Of a stretch of DNA of 64,000 nucleotides, positions 10,168-18,808 are shown one piece after another. Under the pieces are notes generated by a model, which was not told the origin of the DNA, did no database searches, and worked only from the letters and a program-made list of their open reading frames with translations. The stretch covers positions 32,001 to 96,000 of the IMG/VR virus record IMGVR_UViG_3300030333_001364; one strand, written 5' to 3'. The number at the start of each line of letters is the position of its first letter. Within the stretch, counting starts at the first letter, position 1. This DNA comes from a virus. Taxonomy: Duplodnaviria; Caudoviricetes. Made by a program: the position numbers and the translations under genes.

Positions 10168-10176
10168 TGATATAAT
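10168..10176 (+). promoter_or_regulatory. extended -10 (TGnTATAAT) host-sigma promoter for the enzyme cassette
   Basis: TGATATAAT immediately upstream of the terminator hairpin. Confidence 0.5.
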
Positions 10177-10177
10177 T

Positions 10178-10203
10178 AGGGGTGTATACACACCCCTTTT
10201 TTT
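10178..10203 (+). terminator. Rho-independent terminator after the fibre gene
   Basis: AGGGGTGT-ATAC-ACACCCCT followed by a T-tract. Confidence 0.85.
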
Positions 10204-10404
10204 ATGGATCAAGTTCAAGAACTACAACAACTATTACAAATCTATATCAGACGTTTGAATGAAGAGACATCAAAGTCAATAGCATTTGAAGCAAGAATAG
10301 TGCAGTTGATAAATCAGATAAACTCTATGCAACCAGAAGGTAAGGATGCTGGTAATTTTACAGCACCTAAAAAGAATGTAGGGAGAGGTAAGACAGCGAA
10401 GTAA
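10204..10404 (+). CDS. small coiled-coil hypothetical protein
   Basis: 66-aa ORF coupled to the next gene (TAATG). Confidence 0.65.
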   Translation: MDQVQELQQLLQIYIRRLNEETSKSIAFEARIVQLINQINSMQPEGKDAGNFTAPKKNVGRGKTAK

Positions 10405-10934
10405 TGGACTCGTATTTCAATGGAATCTGGAAAGACACGAATTATCAATTTCTTAAGTATAGCGGCTATAGTCTGGTCGATTACGTTAATAATCAGAGAC
10501 CTGATAGCGTCCTAGATGTAGGATGTGGTTACAATAGACTCAAGGGAAAGATACATCATCTTATAGGGATAGACCCCTATAATGATTGTGCTGACATGAA
10601 AATATCGTTGGAGGAATTGGTAACAAATCCTGATGATCCCATATATCAGAAGAGTGCATTTGATATAGTGTTGTGTCTAGGGTCTATAAACTTTGGTGAT
10701 GAGAAAAATATTGACAATCAACTAAGGTTATTGCATCCGTTGTTTAGAAAGGAGATGATATTCAGAGTAAATCCTGGCATACCACATAGAGGTGTAGAAG
10801 GTATTGAATGGTTTGGGTGGTCACAGAAAAAGATATACTCAGTTGCAAGAAAGTATAATTATTTTGTAAAAGATCTAAAAATGGAATACACAGAACAAAA
10901 CGATCTTAGATATTACTTCGTATATGCCAAATAA
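10404..10934 (+). CDS. class I SAM-dependent methyltransferase-like protein
   Basis: VLDVGCG motif I, IGIDP motif II, FDIVLCLGSINF. Confidence 0.75.
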   Translation: MDSYFNGIWKDTNYQFLKYSGYSLVDYVNNQRPDSVLDVGCGYNRLKGKIHHLIGIDPYNDCADMKISLEELVTNPDDPIYQKSAFDIVLCLGSINFGDEKNIDNQLRLLHPLFRKEMIFRVNPGIPHRGVEGIEWFGWSQKKIYSVARKYNYFVKDLKMEYTEQNDLRYYFVYAK

Positions 10935-11832
10935 AGTACCACTTCTGATGAATGGAGGAGTATCCTTCGCTGCTACCACACCATTGTGGTACACATTGCA
11001 GTGGGATAATAAGATATGTCATACTGGGAATCGTAAGAAGACTCACTGGTTGACTATTCTACAGTTCATGGAAGCAGAGAAGTATGGTTATAAGCAATAC
11101 GTAGATCAGAATGGTAGAACATGGCACGATTGGGCAAGAAAACATCAACAGACACCTTTTGAACCACCATCTACATCAAAACCAGCATTTCTACAGAAGT
11201 CAACTTTTACACGAGAAGAGGAGATAGAGTTATACTCATTACCAACATCCCTTGAAAAGTATATTGAATATTTTACAAGACATTATCATAATTTGAATGG
11301 TGAGTACAAGTATGTTGCTGACTTCTCCAATAAGATTTGCTGTTTACATCCAGAGTTCTTGATGGATATACGTGACAGAATGCTAGAAGCATTTGACATA
11401 AAGGTAACTCTACTTTTTAGAGACCCAGTTCGTAGAATATGGTCTAACTGTAAATGCAATATGGATAAGGTGTTTCGTAAATCAGCAGATAAGAAACCAC
11501 AGTGGCACTATGATAGGATGTATCAATACCATGTAGATGCATGGGGTGAAGAGAATGTTTATCCAATTATAATGGAGGATGTGTGGCAAGATCCTAGTGG
11601 GTTAGCAGACTTCTTAGATGTGAAGATTGACAAGATGCATAGGAATTGCTACTGGCCAGAGAGAGGTATGGATATACCAAAGTATGAATGGTTGAGAGAT
11701 CAATGGCAATGGGAGGTACGACCTGTACCATATGATTACTTGAGGGAGAAGTTAGATTTTCTATATGTAAATTTTGAAAAGAAGTTTGGGTACATACCTA
11801 AGGAGTGGCGTAAAAGAGAATTTGATATATGA
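10924..11832 (+). CDS. sulfotransferase-like (P-loop fold) protein
   Basis: N-terminal GGVSFAATT degenerate PSB loop and LLFRDPVRRIWS 3'-phosphate-binding motif. Confidence 0.6.
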   Translation: MPNKVPLLMNGGVSFAATTPLWYTLQWDNKICHTGNRKKTHWLTILQFMEAEKYGYKQYVDQNGRTWHDWARKHQQTPFEPPSTSKPAFLQKSTFTREEEIELYSLPTSLEKYIEYFTRHYHNLNGEYKYVADFSNKICCLHPEFLMDIRDRMLEAFDIKVTLLFRDPVRRIWSNCKCNMDKVFRKSADKKPQWHYDRMYQYHVDAWGEENVYPIIMEDVWQDPSGLADFLDVKIDKMHRNCYWPERGMDIPKYEWLRDQWQWEVRPVPYDYLREKLDFLYVNFEKKFGYIPKEWRKREFDI

Positions 11833-12737
11833 AGATACCATTTCTCTTCAATGTTGGGTGTGCATATTGTGCTACCAGTCCTCTATGGCGTACTCTCCAG
11901 CACGATACAAAGTATCTGCATACAGGACATCGTAAGAAGACACACTGGTTATACGTCTTACAATACCAAGATCAATTTCAGTGGAATAGGGAGCAGCAAG
12001 ATAACAAAGGTGCTCTAGCAAGTTACAATAGATGGCAGGGTAGAGCATCTAAGTTTCTTGCAGTACCAAGAGGACATCTGATAAGTGATGACTCAAGAGA
12101 AGAGACAAAGTTTACTAGAGAAGAAGATAACTATTTCTTTTCTCTACCTACATCTATAGAAAAATACATTGAATATTACAAAAGACATTGGGACTACTTG
12201 GATGGAGAGTATAAGTCAGTAGGTGATTTTTCTAACAAACCAGCAATCATGGATGAGGATTACCTCTGCTATCTTCGTGATGCACTGTCTGATCACTTTG
12301 ATATCAAGGTCACTATGATCTTTAGAGACCCTGTTCGTAAGATATGGTCTAATGCATTTACTCAGTATGACAGGATATACACACCTAAAGGTAATGTGCA
12401 AAAGTCATCACTGTACCATGAGATATATGAAAAGCATGTCAGAGTATGGGGTAAGGACAAAGTATTCCCTATGGTGATGGAAAGAATATGGGAAGACCCT
12501 ACTGAATTATCTAATTTTTTGAATCATCCGATACCAAAAATGCACAGAAATGTATATTATCCTGAGAGAGGAACTAATAGAGATGAGTTTTCTGAGTTTC
12601 CTGATCAATGGGTAAATGAGAAAAATCCTATAGACTATGACAGGATGCGAGAAGAGTTTGATTGGTTATATAAAAGTTATGAAAAGACATTTGGAGAGAT
12701 ACCAAGTGAATGGTGTAAAAAAGATATAGATAAATAA
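11829..12737 (+). CDS. sulfotransferase-like protein, tandem paralogue of 10924-11832
   Basis: VGCAYCATS loop and MIFRDPVRKIWS. Shares HTG.RKKTHWL, SLPTS.EKYIEY and KMHRN.Y.PERG with the neighbour. Confidence 0.6.
   Translation: MKIPFLFNVGCAYCATSPLWRTLQHDTKYLHTGHRKKTHWLYVLQYQDQFQWNREQQDNKGALASYNRWQGRASKFLAVPRGHLISDDSREETKFTREEDNYFFSLPTSIEKYIEYYKRHWDYLDGEYKSVGDFSNKPAIMDEDYLCYLRDALSDHFDIKVTMIFRDPVRKIWSNAFTQYDRIYTPKGNVQKSSLYHEIYEKHVRVWGKDKVFPMVMERIWEDPTELSNFLNHPIPKMHRNVYYPERGTNRDEFSEFPDQWVNEKNPIDYDRMREEFDWLYKSYEKTFGEIPSEWCKKDIDK
12730..12736 (+). promoter_or_regulatory. T4-type late promoter
   Basis: ATAAATA upstream of the ferritin-like gene; a second TAAATA lies at 12752-12757. Confidence 0.55.
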
Positions 12738-12759
12738 CAGTGTAGATAAGTTAAATACA

Positions 12760-13434
12760 ATGCTTTCTGGAACCGATTTCGTCAAGAAGATCAAAGAGGG
12801 AAACAAAGAACTATTTGAAGCATCACGCTCAAACGTTCGTCGTTTCTTCGCTTCCAACCCAAGTGATGAGTATCTAGTCGAGCATTTTCGTGGACGCATG
12901 GTCAACGAAGCTCAGAATATGTACGCTATCGCTGGTCAGGTTGCTACCGCAGATCCTTCTACAGACGTAAAAGACTTAGAACTTCTAAGCCGTCAAGCTA
13001 TGGACGAAGCAAAGCACTTCCGCATGGTAAAGGAAGTTATCGAGCACATCACAGGAGAAGAACTTGATGTTGCTGCTGCATTCAAGGCAGAAGCAGAAGC
13101 TCCACAGGCAAAAGGTGCATCACTTTTAGATAAGTACGAAGCATCTAATGATGAAGCTGCACTTGCTGCATACCAATTGGTAGCAGAAGGAAGAGCAGAA
13201 GCAGTATGGAATGAAATGGCAGAATGTGTAGAAGATAAGTTCATCTCTTCACGTTATGCAACTATCGCTAAAGACGAAGGATTCCACTCAAACCTAGGTG
13301 GAAGAGCACTTTCAAAATTAGTTGAAGGTAGCGAAGCACTTCAGTCTCACGTACTTGCTTTAGTAGAAAAAATGAGAGCAGACCTCTTAGAGATCAGCAA
13401 TCAGAACACTGCTACTCCTCTAGCCGTTGTCTAA
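12760..13434 (+). CDS. ferritin-like di-iron carboxylate protein
   Basis: Helical protein with the ligand pattern E(VNE)...DEAKH...AE...DEGFH. Confidence 0.75.
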   Translation: MLSGTDFVKKIKEGNKELFEASRSNVRRFFASNPSDEYLVEHFRGRMVNEAQNMYAIAGQVATADPSTDVKDLELLSRQAMDEAKHFRMVKEVIEHITGEELDVAAAFKAEAEAPQAKGASLLDKYEASNDEAALAAYQLVAEGRAEAVWNEMAECVEDKFISSRYATIAKDEGFHSNLGGRALSKLVEGSEALQSHVLALVEKMRADLLEISNQNTATPLAVV

Positions 13435-14032
13435 AGGGTCTACGTCCCTTACGGATCTCATTATCTAACCAATGTTCTTTGATGGGATAGACATACTTAT
13501 GATTGGCATCGACAGTTACAAAATTGTCGATGCCTTCTTTCGTTACAGGGAACTCTAATATTCTCCCTAGGTACTCCATGTACCTTTCTTTGTATAAGAA
13601 AAATGCCTCGTGGTCTATGAAATGGTGTCTAAGATCTGCATAGTAATCTAGTGCAATATCCATAGTCACTTCACCACCAACTCTTTTTTGCTGTAGTTCG
13701 TTTATATTTCTATCTCTACATACAACCGCAATGATCGGTTCTACTCCCATGGTGACTGCTCTATAAGCAACCTCCCTGATCTTTGGTGTGCGTCTGACAC
13801 CATCATAGAAGAATGGTACAGATACATTTACACAGAAGAAGTCTCCTTCTGGGAATTCTAATTCCTCTGGGTATACCCAGTATCTGGCAAATGGTTCCTC
13901 ATCACTTGGCACCCAATAATTATCTTTGAGTGCATCCCATCCTTTGACCATGGGGTGTGCTGAGAGAAGTCTTGCGAAGAGATGGTTACCAGAACCCTGT
14001 GGTCCTGTAACGATTAGTAATTTTTTACTCAT
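13412..14032 (-). CDS. P-loop/sulfotransferase-like protein
   Basis: LLIVTGPQGSGNHLF..LLSAHP and VCRDRNI. Paralogue of the adjacent gene. Confidence 0.65.
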   Translation of the reverse strand: MSKKLLIVTGPQGSGNHLFARLLSAHPMVKGWDALKDNYWVPSDEEPFARYWVYPEELEFPEGDFFCVNVSVPFFYDGVRRTPKIREVAYRAVTMGVEPIIAVVCRDRNINELQQKRVGGEVTMDIALDYYADLRHHFIDHEAFFLYKERYMEYLGRILEFPVTKEGIDNFVTVDANHKYVYPIKEHWLDNEIRKGRRPFRQRLEE

Positions 14033-14819
14033 AGGTCACCCACTTTTGTTCTTCAGTAAGGTCGATGTTTGCAGTGTTTCCTGTTCCTACAGGATCAAAT
14101 GAATTTTCTGGTTGACAGCATATTGGTTCTGAACCCTCATCATACGCATGATCTGTTTGCTTATAGTGCGGTTTATCTGGTAAGTTTGGATTCCATGGAG
14201 ATGGACATGCTGTTCTATTGCAGTCGTCTAGAGGACTGTCTTGTATGTAAGAAATATATTTGTCATTAGCATCTAATTCTAATATCTCACTGATCTTATC
14301 TCTCTTGTACCATGCGATTGGCATGCCGATATCTAAAGATTTTAGGTACTCCTCTTTGTAAAGGTACAGAAGTTCGTAACTGAGGAAAACAGGTTTATAA
14401 AAACCAGACAACTGATCCAAGAAGTACCTAACCGTAGACTCTCCCCTAAGTCTCGTCTGCTGATGTCTAAGAATATTCTGGTCGCGTCCGACCACACAAA
14501 TTCTAACCTTTATCCCAAGTGACTCGACCTTATTTGCAAACTGCATGATGTTTGGACGTCTTATAGTCCCTAATTCCTTGATGCCGAGTGGGACACTAAT
14601 CGAGGTAAAATAATATTCGCTTTGTGACCAATCAAATTCGTCAAGTAACTCTGGATCTTTCCAGTACTTAGCGAAGGGTTCTGATATACGGTGTGCCTCC
14701 CAGTAATTATCCAGAAGACTTTTCCACCCAAAAACATCATCGTGTAGTGAGAAGATTTTTGACCACAGATGGTTGCCCGATCCTTGAGGTCCTGTGAGTA
14801 TCACGAGTGTCTTGTCCAT
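14025..14819 (-). CDS. P-loop/sulfotransferase-like protein
   Basis: LVILTGPQGSGNHLWSKIFSLH and VGRDQNI. Shares the W..L.DNYW.....EPFA.YW..PE motif with 13412-14032. Confidence 0.65.
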   Translation of the reverse strand: MDKTLVILTGPQGSGNHLWSKIFSLHDDVFGWKSLLDNYWEAHRISEPFAKYWKDPELLDEFDWSQSEYYFTSISVPLGIKELGTIRRPNIMQFANKVESLGIKVRICVVGRDQNILRHQQTRLRGESTVRYFLDQLSGFYKPVFLSYELLYLYKEEYLKSLDIGMPIAWYKRDKISEILELDANDKYISYIQDSPLDDCNRTACPSPWNPNLPDKPHYKQTDHAYDEGSEPICCQPENSFDPVGTGNTANIDLTEEQKWVTYE

Positions 14820-14842
14820 ACCTAAAATTGAAACCCATACTA

Positions 14843-14851
14843 ATTATAACA
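14843..14851 (-). promoter_or_regulatory. extended -10 promoter for the minus-strand gene pair
   Basis: Minus strand reads TGTTATAAT, 23 nt upstream of the ATG at 14819. Confidence 0.55.
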
Positions 14852-14859
14852 CATAAATA
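14852..14859 (+). promoter_or_regulatory. T4-type late promoter
   Basis: CATAAATA upstream of the second fibre gene. Confidence 0.65.
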
Positions 14860-14880
14860 CTGCTGTGACAGTGTCTACTG

Positions 14881-14912
14881 TTTTTTGATAGGTATATACC
14901 ACATTAGGAATG
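14881..14912 (+). repeat. 32-bp imperfect direct repeat, copy 2, ending in the fibre start codon
   Basis: See 7359-7390. Contains the palindrome GGTATATACC and is preceded by the hairpin ACAGT-GTCT-ACTGT. Confidence 0.75.
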
Positions 14913-16559
14913 GCAAGTCCAACAATTAAGATTAAGCGATCTAGTGTCGCTGGAAAGGTACCGCATTACCCTACAACGCTTGATGTAGGTGAGTTTGCAA
15001 TCAACACTGCTGATGGAAAGGTATTCATAGCAGCAGGAGTTGGTGCGGGAGTAACTGTAAGGGAAGTAGGAATATCAACTGCTCAAGTACTCGCTTCAGG
15101 TATAGGTACATTTAGTTCATTAGTAATCACTGATGAAGGACATGCGATTGCTGGTATATCTACAGGTTCAGCAAGGGTAGAGACAGCAACAGATGCTGGT
15201 AATCAATGGCATCACGTAGGATTTTTCGATCATAGAACTGGATATCAAAAGGTAAAGACAAACGGATTGACATACAATCCAAACACTGGAAAGTTATATG
15301 CTGGTATAGGAAGTTTTGGTAGTGTAACTGCAAGTGGAACTCTTGATGTAGATGGTGCGACTACCTTAGATGGTCTTACTAATGATGGGGATGCAACATT
15401 CAATGGTGACGTGTATATCACCGATACTAGCGGTGATTCTAGTGCAGGACCTATACTTGACTTCTACAGAAATAGTGCTTCTGCTGCTGACGCTGACTAT
15501 CTTGGTCAGATAAAGTTCCAAGGTGAAAATGATGCTGGTCAGAAGATAGTTTATAGTAAGATAACAGGTAAGATATTAGATGCAAGTGATGGTACTGAAG
15601 ATGGTATCTTAGAATTTGCATTCAAGAAAGCAGGATCAAATAATATATCAGGTAGATTCAGAAGTGATAGTTTACAACTACTGAATGGTACAAACTTTAC
15701 TGTTGCAGGAGATTCTACATTCACTGGAGTAGTAAATGCCAACCATGGTGTTACTGGTAATATAAACTCAAGTGGTATAAGTACTATATCAGGGTTCACA
15801 TTCCCCTCAACCGACGGGAGTGAGGATCAGGCACTTGTTACGGATGGAAATGGTTCACTGTCCTTCAAGACCCTATCAGGTGGTGGAGGAGGTGCTGTAG
15901 GTGGTGCTACAACTATTAGTGCATCAAATACTATAGCAACAATGGGACAGACAGCATTTACTGCACCCAATGTATTTGATGATGGTGAGCAAGCAACTGC
16001 ATTCTCTGTCTTGGTAACTCTGAATGGTGTAAAGATGAGACAAGGTGCATCTGCTGACTATCAACTATCTGCACCACAAACTGTCAATTTTAACTCTGGG
16101 GTGAATGTAGGTGACAATGTACAAATTACTGTCTATTTTGGACACACGTTTGAAGAAGAGTTATTTACAGCAACGCAAAATCAAGCAACATTTACGCTTG
16201 CTGGATCTCTCGCTGCTGCTAAGAACTACAGAGTTTTTCTCAATGGGGTCAGACTCAGAAGAGATATTGACTATCAAGCGTCTGCTGCTGTTGTACTGGC
16301 TCAAGCTTGTGCAGCTGGAGATGAGGTGGATATATGCTCAGATCAAGCCGAAGACCAACTAACTGCTTCTGATGGACAGTCTGCATTTGCTCCATCAAAC
16401 TCTGATACATCTTCTGATAACATGGAAGTATATCTGAATGGTGTGTTACTACAAAAAACAGTTGACTGGACTATAGGTAGTCCTGCTGTAACAATAATCA
16501 ACCCTGCGACTGGTCTAGATGTAGGTGACGAGTTGGATGTAGTCGTAAGACGTTCATAA
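14910..16559 (+). CDS. tail-fibre-like virion protein
   Basis: MASPTIKIKRSSVAGK...GEFAINTADGKVF anchor, then three C-terminal 'AT.GQ..F...V.LNGV' repeats. Confidence 0.8.
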   Translation: MASPTIKIKRSSVAGKVPHYPTTLDVGEFAINTADGKVFIAAGVGAGVTVREVGISTAQVLASGIGTFSSLVITDEGHAIAGISTGSARVETATDAGNQWHHVGFFDHRTGYQKVKTNGLTYNPNTGKLYAGIGSFGSVTASGTLDVDGATTLDGLTNDGDATFNGDVYITDTSGDSSAGPILDFYRNSASAADADYLGQIKFQGENDAGQKIVYSKITGKILDASDGTEDGILEFAFKKAGSNNISGRFRSDSLQLLNGTNFTVAGDSTFTGVVNANHGVTGNINSSGISTISGFTFPSTDGSEDQALVTDGNGSLSFKTLSGGGGGAVGGATTISASNTIATMGQTAFTAPNVFDDGEQATAFSVLVTLNGVKMRQGASADYQLSAPQTVNFNSGVNVGDNVQITVYFGHTFEEELFTATQNQATFTLAGSLAAAKNYRVFLNGVRLRRDIDYQASAAVVLAQACAAGDEVDICSDQAEDQLTASDGQSAFAPSNSDTSSDNMEVYLNGVLLQKTVDWTIGSPAVTIINPATGLDVGDELDVVVRRS

Positions 16560-16580
16560 ATACAGGAAAGTATATCATAA

Positions 16581-17435
16581 ATGGCTAACCCTGCAACGAG
16601 AGAAGAATTAGTAAAGTATGCGAAGAGGCAGTTAGGTGCACCCGTACTTGAAGTCAATGTTGCTGATGAGCAAGTCGAAGACTTGATGGATGATGCTATC
16701 CAGATATATCAGAACCGTCACATGGACGGTGTTGAATTGATGTATCTAAAACATAGGATCACACAAGATTTTTTAGATTCAATCAAAGCGTCAAATATTG
16801 CTGGCTCTTCTACATCTACTGGTATTACAACAACTACTGGTACTGCTAATATAACTGGAATAGGAACTACAACATTCAACTTTGTAGAGAATCAAAACTT
16901 TATACAGATACCTGATGCAGTCATAGGTATAGAAAGAGTATTCAAGTTAGATAACAGATTGATCAGTACAAACATGTTCAATATCAATTACCAGTTGATG
17001 TTGAATGATGTATACTTCTTTAGTTCTATGGAACTTATGGGATATACTTTGACGAAGAGATACTTAGAAGATCTAGACCATATACTACACCCAGAGAAAC
17101 AAATTAGATTCAACAGACGACAAAGTAGATTGTATCTGGATGTTGATTATTCCAGCATGCAACCCAATGACTGGTTGATCATCAGATGTTATCGTGTATT
17201 GAATCCAAACGATTATACTAAGGTATACAACGATCCATTCTTGAAGAAGTACTTCACTGCATTGATGAAGAAGCAATGGGGTCAGAATCTCATCAAGTTT
17301 GCGGGTGTAAAATTACCTGGCGGTGTAGAACTAAATGGTAGACAGATATACGAAGATGCTCTAGGAGAGATTGATCAACTAGAGAGTAAGATGGCAAATG
17401 AATATGAATTACCACCACTTGATCTAATTGGATAA
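16581..17435 (+). CDS. gp13: neck protein gp13
   Basis: LGAPVLEVNV and KKQWGQNLIKF.GVKLPGGVELNG; late promoter CATAAATA at 16555. Confidence 0.93.
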   Translation: MANPATREELVKYAKRQLGAPVLEVNVADEQVEDLMDDAIQIYQNRHMDGVELMYLKHRITQDFLDSIKASNIAGSSTSTGITTTTGTANITGIGTTTFNFVENQNFIQIPDAVIGIERVFKLDNRLISTNMFNINYQLMLNDVYFFSSMELMGYTLTKRYLEDLDHILHPEKQIRFNRRQSRLYLDVDYSSMQPNDWLIIRCYRVLNPNDYTKVYNDPFLKKYFTALMKKQWGQNLIKFAGVKLPGGVELNGRQIYEDALGEIDQLESKMANEYELPPLDLIG

Positions 17436-18808
17436 TGGCACTAAACCCCTTCTTTCAGCAAGGTACTCCGTCTGAGCAAAATCTTGTTCAGGACTTGATA
17501 AACGAACAGATCCGAATGTATGGGGTCGAGTTTGTTTACATGCCAAGAAACTTTGTGAATGTAAAAACTATAATGAGAGAGGTCTCTAGTTCTACTTTTG
17601 ACCAATCAATTCCTATTGAGGGTTACATTGAGTCATATGAAGGATTCGATTCTGGATATAATTTACTAACAAAATTTGGTGTAAGATCTACTGCTGAGAT
17701 GAAGATTGTGATATCTCAGGAGAGATATAAGAATGTGGTGTTACCTCTGGTACAGACAGGTTTAGCAAATCCAACTGAACGTCCTAATGAAGGTGACTTA
17801 CTATACTTCCCATACAGAGACTTACTGCTAGAAATCAAATATGTAGATGATGTTAGTCAGTTCTATCAGTTACGTAAGAACTACACATACACACTTACCT
17901 GTGAACCATTCGAGTACGAAGACGAGGTTATCGACACTGGTATTGCTGCAATAGATGATGACATGGCAACTGTTGGATATGACGCAACATTGAAGTTAGT
18001 TGCTGTAGGTAGCACTGCGAGCATGATAACAACAATTGTGAATGGAGGTATTGGAAGGATCGATCTCCTAAACGGAGGTACAAACTATACTGCTGACCCA
18101 CGTGTCAAGATCAGTCCTCCTGTAGTATCTACTGGTATCACTGCAACTGCTGTTGCTATTACAACTAATATAGGATTCACTGACAGTAGAAGAGTACAAA
18201 GTGTATTCATAACGAATCCTGGTGCTGGATACACCACACCACCTACAGTTCAGTTCTTGCCTGATGATGGTAAAGGTAGTGGAGCAACAGGAGTAGTTGC
18301 AATATCTACCACTGGAGGTGTGGGTGTTGTTACTATAACCAATGTTGGTACTAAGTATACTGTTCCCCCAACTCTTACGTTTGACAGCCCACCTGGTGCA
18401 GGTACAACTGCAACTGCTGTTGCTGTACTGAATGATACTGGTGGAGTTGGTGCTGTACGTATTACAAACGCTGGTTCAGGTTATGCAACTGTTCCAAGTA
18501 TAACTGTCTCTGCTGCTGGAACCATAGGTGTTGGTACATTCTCCTTTGGTGAAATCATTACTGGTCAGTCCTCACTTAGCACTGCATTTGTTACATCATG
18601 GGATGCTCCCTCTCTCACTCTTACTGCAAGGAATCTTGCTGGTGACTTCAATGTTGGCGAACTTATCGTTGACAATGAGGGTTCTGCATACAGACTACAT
18701 AGTATTGATTACGATGACAATGATGCGTACAACAGTGGTGATGACATCCAAGTTGAAGCAGACGACATCCTAAACTTTACAGAGAAGAACCCATTTGGTG
18801 AAGTATAA
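17435..18808 (+). CDS. gp14: neck protein gp14 with a Gly/Thr-rich repeat insertion
   Basis: EQIRMYG.E..YMPR, RPNEGDLLYFP and C-terminal FTEKNPFG; synteny. Confidence 0.9.
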   Translation: MALNPFFQQGTPSEQNLVQDLINEQIRMYGVEFVYMPRNFVNVKTIMREVSSSTFDQSIPIEGYIESYEGFDSGYNLLTKFGVRSTAEMKIVISQERYKNVVLPLVQTGLANPTERPNEGDLLYFPYRDLLLEIKYVDDVSQFYQLRKNYTYTLTCEPFEYEDEVIDTGIAAIDDDMATVGYDATLKLVAVGSTASMITTIVNGGIGRIDLLNGGTNYTADPRVKISPPVVSTGITATAVAITTNIGFTDSRRVQSVFITNPGAGYTTPPTVQFLPDDGKGSGATGVVAISTTGGVGVVTITNVGTKYTVPPTLTFDSPPGAGTTATAVAVLNDTGGVGAVRITNAGSGYATVPSITVSAAGTIGVGTFSFGEIITGQSSLSTAFVTSWDAPSLTLTARNLAGDFNVGELIVDNEGSAYRLHSIDYDDNDAYNSGDDIQVEADDILNFTEKNPFGEV

